From: the human T2T-CHM13v2.0 reference genome, Homo sapiens
Direction: 5' to 3' (one strand)
NCBI RefSeq assembly: GCF_009914755.1
Contig: NC_060936.1
DNA length: 64,000 nt
Shown here: in pieces, positions 26,222 to 42,962 of the stretch
Layout: every line of letters begins with the position of its first letter
Position numbering within the stretch: position 1 is the stretch's first letter
Notes under the pieces: generated by a model
What the model was told of the DNA's origin: nothing
The model's database searches: none
What the model saw: only the letters and a program-made list of their open reading frames with translations
Position numbers and translations under genes: made by a program

Positions 26222-26805
26222 TGTGACACATTAAATTTTCTAAAAATGACTGCAGCAATATCTTTTACTCACATAATCTCAGTGACATACATCCCTCCTG
26301 TCAAGAAGTGATATCTATGTTCCTCCTCTTGTTGCTGGGTGACGCTGGGTATGGTAGAAGTGATGCTATCTGATTCTGAAGCTAGGTTACAAAAGGTGAT
26401 ACAGCTTTCACCTGGTTCTTTTGGACTACTTGCCTTTGGAGCCCTGAGCACCAGGTAAGATGTCCAAGGCCGTCATGCTGTGAGGCAACCCAGGCTACAT
26501 GGAGAGGCCATACATAAGTTTCCATGGGACAGCCCCAGCTGAGAGTCCTGACAACAGGCAGTATCAACAGCTAAACATGTGAATGAAGATGACTTCAGAT
26601 GATTTCTTTCCCCAGCCATGGAGACACTCCTGCCTTTGATTCATCTGCAGTCTTCAAGTCTTTTCAGCTGACATCATCTAGAAGAGACAGTCATCAGTGT
26701 TCCCTTTCTACATTGTTGACCCACAGAATGCAAGAGCATAATAAAATACATATTTCATATCTCTAAGTTCAGGTAGTGTGTTCTGCAGCATTAATAAGTG
26801 TTACA
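26222..26805 (+). mobile_element. MLT1G/H-like MaLR solo LTR
   Basis: tggtagaagtgatgctatctgattctgaagctaggttacaaaagg..catgctgtgaggcaacccaggctacatggagaggcca..cagccccagctgag..gacccacagaa; TG..CA ends. Confidence 0.85.
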
Positions 26806-27071
26806 AATGCCTAATAAATAGTATTCAAATCCTTTATGAAAAAAATTTTAAAATAATTCTTAAAGACACAAAATTATACTTGCCCAATGTAGTACACTAT
26901 TTTTTTTTTCTGAAGGGGTTGTTATTTGTATTGCTTTGGAACTAAGGAAGCTGATTCTAAAATTCATGTGGAAAAATAAAAAGTAAAAAATATTTTCAAA
27001 AATATGAAAAATTAATAGAAAAATTATTAGTACTAGCCCAAATAGGTACTGAATTACATTAAAAGATTTTA

Positions 27072-27436
<365 letters not shown>

Positions 27437-29118
27437 TTAGCATGTGATAAAAGTAGCATTTTTAAGTAGAAGAATAAAAGTAGACTTTTAAATACATGGT
27501 ACTGTGACAATTGAGAAGCCATCTGGAAGAAAAGACAAAATTGGATCTACACCTTTAATCAAACACCAGAATAATGTCTAAACATATAAAAATGAAATAT
27601 CAGAAGTAAAATCAGAAATACTAGAATAAAATATAGACTCCTTTATATACTTCTTTATAATAAGGAAGAAAAATTTATTTAACTGTAATTTAAAAATCAG
27701 AAATCTTAACAGAAAATATAATAAATTTAAATATGTAAGGATATGAAAACCTGCATCACAAAAATACCAATGCAAAGACAAAAATAAATAACAAAATGGA
27801 AAAAAATTTGCAACTTTTAACATAAGGTTAATATCTTTAATATACAAAGAGTTCCTAAAAAGAGAGGAAAGATCAATAATCTAAAAGAAAAATATGTAAA
27901 AGGTACGAAGCAAAAATTAATTTAAAAATAACTACAATGGTTTCTAAACATACAAAAGGATATTCAACCATTATTATAATTAGAAATGTGCAAACTGAAA
28001 TTATACAGAGATCTTATTTCTTACCTACCATATTGTAAACAATACAAAAGTCTGGCTGCATTTTTGTTGATGAGTTTGTGAAAAAGCAGGCAGTCTCATA
28101 TATTGCAGGTGTGAATGTAAAATGAACGATATAATCCACATGGATTGACATTGGCAATATCTATGGAAATCATAATTGCTTTTACACTGTGAATTTATCT
28201 TGTATATATTCTTCCGTGCATATGAAATTATTGAGATGGCAAAAGATGATGGAAAGAAAAGAACAAATATGTATTCCATTATATGCTCACAATGGAATAC
28301 TATGTAGCCATAAAAAGATGGAATATCTCCATTAATTGTTATGGAAATGTTTCCAGCATACATTTAAGTTAAAAAAAGAAAGAGGCAGAAGACTAAATGT
28401 TTTATGCTTTCTTTTGTGTAAAAGAGATAAAATATATATAATATATGTATGCTTATTTCTATTTGCTTAAAAAAATGGAAAACAGAAATGAAAAAATCTA
28501 CTACCTTTGGAGGACAGGAAGAATTGAGTGAATGGAAGCAGGAGTAAATGTGATACTTCTTAATGTACACGTTTTAAAAATATTATTTTGAGTTTTGAGC
28601 CATGAGAATGTATTATCTAGTAAAAGATTATACTTATTGTTTAAACACCAGCCAGTAACCAGAATTAATTCAGAACTGTATTTCACTAACATATCAACCA
28701 GAACGGCTCAGAAGCTCAAAAGTACAGTTTCTTATAAAAAATTATGAAAATTTGAAGGGAAGAGAGAACAGTATCATAATATCCTATTTTAATCATTATC
28801 AATATTTTTGCCCATCATTCTTAGTTTAAGCAACTCTTTTTTGTTTATTTTCTTATTTTGGTTGAAATAGTTTAACTTAAATGCCCCAATCGTACCTTTC
28901 CATCTATAAATATATTGGTACAGGAAAAGATAGTCTTTATATAACCACAATGTGATTATCAACCTTAAAAGTTAACCATTCCTTAATGTCATCTTATATT
29001 CAGTCCACATTTAAACTTCTCTGATTGCATCCACAACAGTCTTTTATAATTAATTTGTTTGAATCAAGATGCACTTCACGCCCTCTTATTGCATTACATT
29101 TGTCAGCTGTCTCTTCAG

Positions 29119-29208
29119 TCTCTCTCTCTCTCCCTCCCTCTCTCTCTCTCCCTCCCTCTCTCTCTCTCCCTCCCTCTCTCTCTCTCCCTCCCTCTCTCTC
29201 TCTCTCTC
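29119..29208 (+). repeat. Pure pyrimidine tract: 18-bp unit (TC)n-CCCTCCC, ~4-5 copies
   Basis: Direct reading. Confidence 0.95.
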
Positions 29209-29280
29209 CAACACCTCACCATCATATTCCATGCCATTTATTCGTTAAAGGAATGGGTCATTATCATATAGTGTCTCATA

Positions 29281-30889
<1,609 letters not shown>

Positions 30890-32063
30890 TTATTCAGCTG
30901 ATTGTTTTCACATGGCATGTTAGTACTTATTTTTCATCCTCTATATTTCCTATAAAATGCTAGAGACTTGATTTGATTCCTAAGGGGATTTTTTGGATTA
31001 TTATTATATAATAATACATATCTGCCATTTTATCTGTCTTATCCAGAGGTAAATAATATTTGGCTGTTCCAATCTGATGAATGTTAAAATTGGTCAGAAT
31101 TTCCAGTTTTGTCATCCCCATCCATCCATAATGATGTTTCCCATCAATAGGCTTTAGCAGACATTGATGATCATTGTCTATTCAAGGATTTTTACCTTCC
31201 CCACTTAATAAAAATACAAACAGTTAAAAAAATGCATTTTATTGAAGCATGATTGTCATACTAAAATCTTTACTTGTTTAATGTATACAGCTTGATAAGT
31301 TTGGAGGTAAATGTGCATCCATGGGACCTACATGACAACCTATGTCATAAACATATTCATTAACTCTAAAAGTTTCCTCCCCCTCTTTATTAATTATTAT
31401 GATTATATGTTAAGCACTATTATCATGAGATATACCCTCTTAGCAAATTTTTAAGTAGTATACAAATACAGTACTGCTAAGTGTAGGCACCTATGCTGTG
31501 CAATAGATTTCTAGGACTCATGCATTGCACTACTGAGATGTCTTATATTACTAAAGTTTCATAGCCTTTGAAAAATTCTTCTCTATTTTATTCTCTCCCT
31601 ATCTTTTGGCAACCAGCATTCTACTGTCAGCTTCTATGAGTTTGACTATATTAATCATATAAGTGATACCATGTAGTTGTATTTGTCCTGTGTCTGGCTT
31701 ATTTTCCGTAGCATAATGTTCTCAAAGTTCATTCATGTTGTTGCAGATGGCAGGATTTCCTTCCTTTTTAAGGCTAAATAATATTCAATTTTATGTATAT
31801 ATCACATTTTTCTTTATCTGTTCATCAATCAGAGTACATTTAGGTTGCTTCTATGTCTTGGTTACTGTGAATAATGTGGCATTTGGGATGGAGGTACAGT
31901 TATCTCTGAGATCCTGAATTCAATTCCTTTGGATATATACCTAGAAGTAAGATTCTGCATCATGGTAGTTCTCTTTTTAATTTTTTGAGGAATTTTCAAA
32001 CAATTTAACATAGTGGCTCTATCAATTTATATTCTCAACCAATCGTGTAAAAGTTTTTTCTAG

Positions 32064-32393
<330 letters not shown>

Positions 32394-32445
32394 CAATTCC
32401 TCTTTCGTTCACATCCTGGCCAGCATTTGTTATCTTTATCATTTA

Positions 32446-32495
32446 TGTGTGTGTGTGTGTGTGTGCATGTGTGTGTGTGTGTGTGTGTGTGTGTG
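32446..32495 (+). repeat. (TG)n microsatellite with one interruption
   Basis: Direct reading. Confidence 0.95.
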
Positions 32496-34060
32496 CTTTA
32501 ATAATAGCCATCCTAACAGGCATGAGGTGATATCTCATTGTGGTTTTGATTTACATTTCCCTGATTAGTGATATTGAGCTCCTTTTCATATTCCTATTGG
32601 CCATTTATATGTCTTCTTTGGAAAAATGTGAATTCAGTTCCTTTTCCCATTTTTTAATTAGTTTATTAATTTTTTGCTATTGACTTGTTTAATGCTGAGC
32701 TCTGTTTCATATTCCTATTGACCATTTATATGTCTTCTTTGGAAAAATGTTGATTCAGTTCCTTTGTCCATTTTTAATAAGTTTAGTCATTTTTTTGCTG
32801 TTGAATTGTTAAAGTTTCTTGTGTATTTTGGATATTGACCCTTAGCCAGATATATGTTTTGCAAATATTTTCTCCCATCCCATAGGTTTCATTTTCATTT
32901 TCTTGGCTGTTTCATTTGCTGTGCAGGAGCTTTTTAGTCTGATGTAATCTTATTTGTCTACTTTTGTTTCTGTTGCCTGTGCTTTTGATGTTATATCCAA
33001 GAAATCATTGCCAAAGCCATTATGAAGAAGCTTTATTCCTATGTTTTCTTCTAAGAGTTTTATGGTTTCAGATTTTACATTTAAAGTTTGAATTGATTTT
33101 TGTGTATGGCATAAAATAAGAGTTCAATTTCATTATGTTGTCTGTGAGTATCCAGTTGTCTCAATACCATTTATGGAAGAGACTATTCTTTCCTCATTGC
33201 ATGTTCTTGGTAACTTTGTTAAAAATCAATTGACTGTATATACATAAGTTTCAATTAGTTTCATACAACATAAGTTTCAGGCAACCTCAATCAATTGACT
33301 GTAATATACATAAAAATCAATTGACTGTATATACATGAGTTTATTCTGAGCTCGCTATACCGTACTGTTTTGTTTACTGTAGCTTTGCAATATATTTTGA
33401 AATCAGGAAGTGTGATGCCTTCGCTTTGTTCTTGCTCAAAATTGCTTTGGCTATTTGGGTTCTTTTGGGGTTTCATATGAATTTTATGATTGCTTTTTCT
33501 ATTTCTGTAAAAAATACCATTGAGACTTTGATAGAGATTCCATTGAAGCTGGAGATCACTTTTGGTAATATGGGCATTTTTAACAATATTAATTCTTCAA
33601 TTACATATTTTCTTCTGCATGTATAAACTAAAATTCTGCTAAAAAGAACTTTCCATCCTTAAATAGCTCTGAGGAAATAAAATTGATAGTGAAAAGTTAA
33701 AATAAATGCTTTTTATCTTTATCAACTTTTACAGTAAAGAGTTATAGCCAAGCAACCACCACAGTAAGGACTTGTTGAGGATCATTATGGACTCGCGAAT
33801 GTCTATGTATTTAATATGTCTTGATTGATCAAGACAATATTTTTCAATGTCAAATGGTCTTATTTTTGGCTAATGGGAGTCCTTTAAAGTTAGCCTCTGT
33901 GCTTTTGACATGACCTCATTAGTGTTTGAGAGCTTCCTTTTTCTCTGGAATAAGATGACCACGATTCACTTTATACATTTATACAGTTCAGGCCCCACAC
34001 TTAGCCTAAATCAGCCTTTAGTAAATAAACATTTTTACATGCTTTTAAAGAAAATACTAT

Positions 34061-35244
34061 CTTCATGTGCCACATAATGTTTTTGTTGATAATTAACCAC
34101 ACATACAATGATGGTCTCATAAGATTATAATGGAGCTCAAAAATTTCTATGACCTAGTGACATAGTAGTCATCGTACCATCATAGTGCAATGTATTATTC
34201 ATGTGTTTGTGGTAAGGATGACATAAAAAACCAATTGTGCTGCCAGTTATACAAAAGTACAGCACACACAATTATGTACAGTGCATAATGCTTGATATGA
34301 TAGTATACAACTATATTACTGTTTGTGTATTTACTATCCTATACATTTTATTATTTTAGAGTATACTCCTACTTATTAAAAAAATTATTTTTAAACAACC
34401 TCAGGCGAGTCCTTCAAGAGGTATTCCAGAAGAAGGCAGTGTTATCATACAAAAGGACAACTCTATGTGTGTTATTGCCCCTGAAGACCTTCCAGTGGGA
34501 CAAGATGTGGAGGTAGAAGGCAGGGACATTAATTATCCTGACCCTGTGTAGGCCTGGGCCAATGCATATGTTTGTGTCTTAGCTTTTAACAAAAGAGTTT
34601 AAAAATGAAAAAATTAAAAACAGAGAAATGCTTATACAATAGGGATATAAATAAAATATTTTTGTACAGCTATATAATTTGTGTTTTAAACGGTGCTATG
34701 ACAAAAGAGTCAACAAATTTAAAAAATTAAAAAGCTTATAAAGTGAAAAGGGTACAGTAAGGTAAGATTAACTTATTAATGAATAAAACATTGAAATCAA
34801 TTTAGTGTAGCATATATGTACCGTGTTTATAACGTCTACAGTGGTATACCATGTTGTCCTAGGCCATCACATTCATTCACCACTCACTCACTCACTGACC
34901 CAGAGCAATTTCCAGTCCTGCAAGCTTCATTCATGGTAAGTGCCCCTATACAGATGTGTCATTTTTTATCTTTTATACCATATTTTTACTGTACCTTTTC
35001 TGTGTTTAGATAGGTTTTGGATACACCAGTGGTTTCCATTGTGTTATAATTACCTGCTATATTTAGTACAATAGCATTCTGTACAATTTTGTAGCCTAGG
35101 AGCAATAGGCTACACTATACAGCTTAGACGTACAGTAGGCTATGCCATTTAGGTTTGTGTAAGTACACTCTGATGTTCACACATGATGAAATCACTTAAA
35201 GATGCATTTCTCAGCACTCTCCAACATTAAGAGACATGTGACTG
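34061..35244 (-). mobile_element. Tigger3b (Golem/MER7 family) DNA transposon, ~1.2 kb
   Basis: gtccttcaagaggtattccagaagaaggc..gaagaccttccagtgggacaagatgtggagg; tttgtagcctaggagcaataggcta..aggtttgtgtaagtacactct; ends catgtgactg-TA. Confidence 0.92.
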
Positions 35245-35300
35245 TATTTAGAGTGCTCATAGTAGGTATCATTGCTTTCTGGTTCTTCCAGTGGACACAG

Positions 35301-35382
35301 TGAATATATATATGACATATATATAATGAAATATATATGCCATATATATAATGAAATATATATGCCATATATATATATATGC
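35301..35382 (+). repeat. AT-rich 25-bp tandem repeat (atatatatgccatatatataatgaa), ~3 copies
   Basis: Direct reading. Confidence 0.85.
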
Positions 35383-36904
35383 ACACAAGTTTGCATTTCA
35401 AATGATAGATTTTAAATTTTTTTATTTTATAATGTTTTATACACTGAAAATACTGATTCCTGTAAAATTAATCACGTGTTCAAATTAATAACAGAATTGC
35501 TAAAATTTGAATTCTGCCAAATATTTTAAAATAGATTATTGTCTTTAGAATACATCTTGTTAGGATTATACAGTACAAATAGTGTATTTTAAATCACATG
35601 AAATAATCAGTGTTTTTCTGTGTGGTTATTCTACACACAATATAAAATTTAGATCCATTTGCTTAATTTTCATTCCATTTTAGTGATTATTTTGATTTTG
35701 ATTTGACTTAATTTTGTAAAATATCAAAAGATTTCAAAATAAAAGCATAACATAAGGTATACCCAGTAAAACCTTTCTTCTATTCTGGTTTCTCCATTAT
35801 TTCTTCTCTCTCATCCTTTATCATATACACTAAATGATGTTTTGCATTTTCAGTTTTGTAGGGTTTTTTCACTTTCCAATTACCTTGGAGTCACCCAATA
35901 TCAATATATAGAGATCTTCCTCATTATGTTTTACAGAGGATTGGTACTATATTATGAGGACATATTATAATTTATTGAACCAGTTCACTATGGATAGACA
36001 TTTAGGTTGTTTCCAGGCTTTTGCTATTTTAAATAATGTCACAACCAGTATCTTTGTACATAGATCATTTTACATTTTTGCAAGGGTATCTTCAGTTAGA
36101 TTCCTGAGAGGAATTACTAGGTAAAAGAACAAAGAGATTTATTTTCCGGATATTTCTAATTCCTTAGAAAGGCATTTTGCAATCCTACTAGCAATAAATG
36201 AAAGTGCTTGTTTCCCCAGATCCTTGCCAAAAAGTTTATGGTCAAAATCCATGATTTTTAGCAGTCTAATAAATGAACAATCTTATCTCAGTGTGGTTTT
36301 TATTTGCAAATTTGTCATTATGAACAAATTTAAGCTTCTTGCTCCTATGTTTTGGAGTCATTTGTATTATTTTTATCGAGTTGTCAATTATTGTTATTTT
36401 TTCCTCACTCTAAAGAAACTCTTTTTATATTAGGGATTTTAACCATGTGTTAGTTAAAAATATTTTCCCAATTTGTCATTAATTATTGTATTTTGCTCAT
36501 CAAGTTTTATTTATTTGTATGTAAAATGTTTTCAAACTATTTGTTGTAAATTTTCAAGTTCTCAGAAAGACTCAAAGCAATTAGAAAAGGTGAGAGAAAT
36601 TGAGAAAAATAAATTAGTCTGCAATATATTAGAAAATACAAACCAAGCTGCTTGAAACCCCAAAATTCATACTTCCTAAAATATCATATCTATTATAGCA
36701 AGAATTTTGTCAACTTCACCGCTGATTAATCCTCACTGCCCAAATGTGTATTTGGAATAATAAACAATTGTCAAATTAATCAACTAGTAATATTCTGTTA
36801 GTGTTTTATTTGTGTAAGAAGAATAGTAGGAATAATATTTTTGCCTATTCATCTTGCCTATTTTAATTTATTTTTTATGAAAGCATCAATTTTATTCTTC
36901 CTCT

Positions 36905-37270
36905 ATTAGTGGAAGTATAAACTGGAACCCTATTTATAAAGGAAAATGTGAAGTATTAGCTAAACTTTTTATGTTCATATCCATCAACTTTAATGATCAA
37001 TATTGACTCTAGTGTACTACTCACATAGATACACGAAAAGGCATGCACAGAATATTGGTTGCATAACTGTAAATAATAGCAATAAAATTGAGAACAATCT
37101 AGGTTTCATCAAGAGGGTATTGGATATAATATCATTCAGCAGTTAAAAGTACAAGCGAGCTCTATATAACTAACAAACTCTATGTAAACTTTCCAAAATC
37201 GATTTGAAAATTAAAAAATAATTATGTAACACAAAAAATTTACAGTAAAATGCCATTTTGCTTAAAAAAA
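36905..37270 (+). mobile_element. Old L1ME 3' fragment
   Basis: gtggaagtataaactgg..aataatagcaataaaattgagaacaatct..cagcagttaaaa. Confidence 0.55.
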
Positions 37271-37276
37271 TTTTCA

Positions 37277-39395
<2,119 letters not shown>

Positions 39396-40891
39396 GATTT
39401 TGGTACCAGGAAGTACAACTGTAATGAAACAAGTATCTAACAATCTGGAAGTGGCTTTGGAATTGAGCAATGGGTAGAGGCTGGAAGAATTTTGAGGGGT
39501 ATGGTAGAAAAAGCCTAGATTTTGGAGAAGGCTCAAAGGAAATGAAGAATATAGTAGAGAAAACTGTTATTATCTTAGAGAATACATATATTCCCATGAG
39601 CACAGTGTTCATGGTATAGACATGAATATTAAAGACAGGTGCTCAGAAACAAATTATGAACATGTTGAAAACTGGAGGAAAGGTAATCTTTATTATATAG
39701 TGGCATATCTTGTCTAAGTTGTGTCTTAATGTTGCTTGGAAAGCAGAAGTTGTAAGCCATTGTTTACAACTTACATGCTTATATATTTAGCTGAAAATAC
39801 TTTCAAACAAAACTTTGAAGGTGTGACCTGATTTCTTGTTGCCATTTAGAATAAAATGTGAGAAGAAAAAGATAAATTGAAGAAGAGACCATTAAGCACA
39901 AAGAAACCAGCACTTGATGATTCAAAAAAATCACATCTATTCAGATTCCAAAACGTGCTAATGTTATTCACTGTTAGAGAAACTGTGCTCTGAAGACAAG
40001 GAAAAGACGAGGCTGAAAGATTTTTGCTGAAGAAATTAAGTGTGTGACTCTTGGGGTCCCCTCAACCATCTCAGCAGAAGCCAGAAACAGAAATGGAGTT
40101 ATCTAGGAAAGACCTGTAGAGGATCCTCTTGTCTAATGGTGTGAAACCTTATGGTATATGTGGGAGACCGACAATGTTGTTGAGAAAATTATATAAGCAG
40201 AAACACTGCCAACTTAAACTAAAAGGGATTTCACAAAGTGAAAGAAGACTATCAGACTTCCAAAATTTTACAGTCAGGAAATGGACTGATAGAGCTACTC
40301 AACTGCAAACATGTGCTACACTTTAATGGTAAGAAGAACTCAGAGGTCAGAGGGGCAGAAACAGAGGCAGAGGCCAATAGAGCTGCCATGGAAGCAGAGC
40401 AGAGACTGTGGAGTAAAGTAAGCCCTGAAGATAGAGCCTTAAGCCACAGAGCTTAAGCCTCAGACCTTGAAACATAATGAAACTTAGCCTGCTAGATGCC
40501 AACTTTCTTGGAACCAGTGATCCCTTTATTTCAATTTCTCCCTCTTGGGAGGTTAGTGTCTATCATATATCTGTTCTACTGTTATACTTTGAAAGCAGAT
40601 GGCTTATTTTTAGGTTTCACATATCCATAGGTGGGAAGAAATTTTCCCATAGGATAGATTATGCCTAGAATCTTAGCCATACTTAATTTAGGTTATTTAA
40701 ATAATTAAGTTTTGACTTTTGAACTGACAATATTTAGATGAGATTTTTAACTAAGAGTAGATGCTATAAGTTGAAACTTTGATGAATGTTGGATGGGATT
40801 AATGTGTTTTGCATGTGGGATGGACATGAGTATTTGGGGGACCAGAGAATGGACTGTTATGGGTATAATTTTGTCTCTCCAAAATTCATGT
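39396..40891 (+). mobile_element. MLT1 (MaLR) internal region plus first ~37 bp of the 3' LTR
   Basis: Begins gattttggtaccagg; gtggctttggaattgagcaatgggtagaggctggaagaattttgagg; aaactggaggaaagg; ends tttgcatgtgggatggacatgagtatttggggg..ggac, then LTR start tgttatgggtataattttgtctctccaaaattcatgt at 40855. Confidence 0.85.
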
Positions 40892-40894
40892 CCT

Positions 40895-42012
40895 TTTTTC
40901 TTTCTATACCCCTCTCCTTTGGTGATCTTGTGGCCTTATAGTGGCAATACGGTGATGACTTTCAACTTCTAATCTCCTATCTAGGCTTCCATTCCGAACT
41001 TCAGATATACACACATATCTGTCTACTCAACATCTCCACTTGTCTAAAACAGCCTTCCTAATTTTCACTGACCTCCTTCAGCCTTTCCAAACAATTAATA
41101 AGAATTCTATTCTTCCAGTAGCTGCAGATTTTAAAAAATGGCTGTCTGTCCTTTTCCTTCCCACATGTAATGCATCAACAAGTCCTCTTGCCTTTAGCTT
41201 CAAAATAGCCTCTGTATTTGTCTACTTTTCAGTCTTTCCTGTAACATTTTGGTCTAAGAGCACATAATCTCTTACTTGCATTATTGAAAAAGCTTCTAGA
41301 CTTTGTTTACACCTTTGTCCTCCCTATTGTATATTCTCAAGAGAGTAACTAAAATAATTCTGTTTAAAGGTTGATCACATTTTCTTGTTTTCTTGCTAAA
41401 ACCTTCGAATGACTTCACATTTCATTACAAGTAAAAGCTAATATCATTCCATTGGCTTGTAAGACCCTTCACAATCCAGTGCACTCCCTCATACCTCTCT
41501 GACTTTATGCCTTGCTACTCTCCTCCTTGCAGACATTTCTTCTAAAATGACTGGTTTCCTTCATGTTATTGGAATATAGTAGGTAGTGTTCTTTAGGGTC
41601 TAATTGCTCCTCACTCTGACTGGCTTTCCTTTCTAAAAACATGAACACAATTCATGCGCTCATCTCTATTAGACTTTTATTCTATATTAACCATATAAAT
41701 GAGGACTTCATATCTACTTTAGGAAAATTGTAACACCAAACTCCAAATTCTCGCTTTCTGAGCTTTTTTCTTCTTAACATGAATTGTCTACATGGACTTA
41801 ACATATTATATATTTATTTATTTTGCTTATCAGTGTTTATACACACACACACACACACACACACAGTTCTAAGAACTGTTAATTTCTGTTTATTTTCTGA
41901 CTACTGCCTATATTTATTTCACCTAGAGTAGTGCCTGCCATGGAGCATATATGTTGTTGAAACAGTAAATATATATTGTTGAGTAAATGATTGAAGGAAT
42001 TAATAAAGTGAA
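40895..42012 (+). mobile_element. L2a 3' region
   Basis: tgtctactcaacatctccacttg..cttgctaaaaccttcgaatgacttcacatttca..cctagagtagtgcctgcca..ttgttgagtaaatgattgaa. Confidence 0.75.
41841..41865 (+). repeat. (CA)n microsatellite
   Basis: Direct reading. Confidence 0.9.
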
Positions 42013-42263
42013 TAGAGGAACATCTTTTTCTGGACAGTCCTATTACATTGAGGGTTTATTTTTGTGTCACCACTCCTAGCCCTAAAGCCATATTATTTCT
42101 CATTTGTTACTTTACTGGTGAATTCATATTTTACGCCTCTTAAATTACAATTACTGTGATTTATTTTTTCTTCCAAACTAACCATAGTGAGGAACAAACA
42201 AAAACTTATTTGGTTCAAGAAAGAAAAAAAAGAACATATTGCACAATGAAAATAACTAACACG

Positions 42264-42499
42264 AACCAGGCACAGTGGCTCATGCCTGTCATCCCAGCAC
42301 TTTGGAAAGCCGAGGCAGGCAAATAGCTTGAGCCCAGGAGTTCGAGATCAACCTGGGGCAACATAGTGAAACCTCTTCTCTACAAAAATTAGAAACATTA
42401 GCCGGGTATGGTGGTACACACCTTTAGTCCTAGCTACTCTGGAGGCTGAGGTGGAAAGATGGCTTGAGCTTGGGAGGTGGAGGTTTCAGTGAGCTGAGA
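42264..42499 (+). mobile_element. AluJb-like, 3' end deleted, fused to an antisense MIR (42500-42590)
   Basis: gcttgagcccaggagttcgag J-type; stops at gtgagctgaga with no tail. Confidence 0.9.
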
Positions 42500-42809
42500 C
42501 CAAAGTTACATAGCCATTCTGTGGTAAAACATGAATTTAAACTTAGGAAATGTAGCCCCAGAGTCAGTGTACTTAGCATCATCACTATAAGGCCTCTATA
42601 TTTTTATGTTATAGAAAGTATTATTATTCTCATCTTAAAAATGAGCAAATTCAGGCATTAGATGTTAAAAACTTAAACTTTTATAAAGCCAGTACATATA
42701 ACCAAAGATAAACCCAGGCTTTTATCCACAATGTATACCAACTCTCACTACATTATTCTTTAGGAAAATATGAACACTGTAATGTGCTTTAGTGCTTGAT
42801 AAATTATTC

Positions 42810-42962
42810 CATCCATGTATCCATCTATCTGTTCATCCAGATAGTTATCACATATTTATTGAGCACCTATTATGGCAGCAGACTCTGTGCTTGATGCTGG
42901 GAAATCAGAAGTGAACAGAACAGACATAATCCTAGGCTTCATGGTGTTTATAATCTAGAAAA
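42810..42962 (-). mobile_element. L2 3' end
   Basis: catatttattgagcacctattatggc..gctgggaaatcagaagtgaacagaacagaca. Confidence 0.75.
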
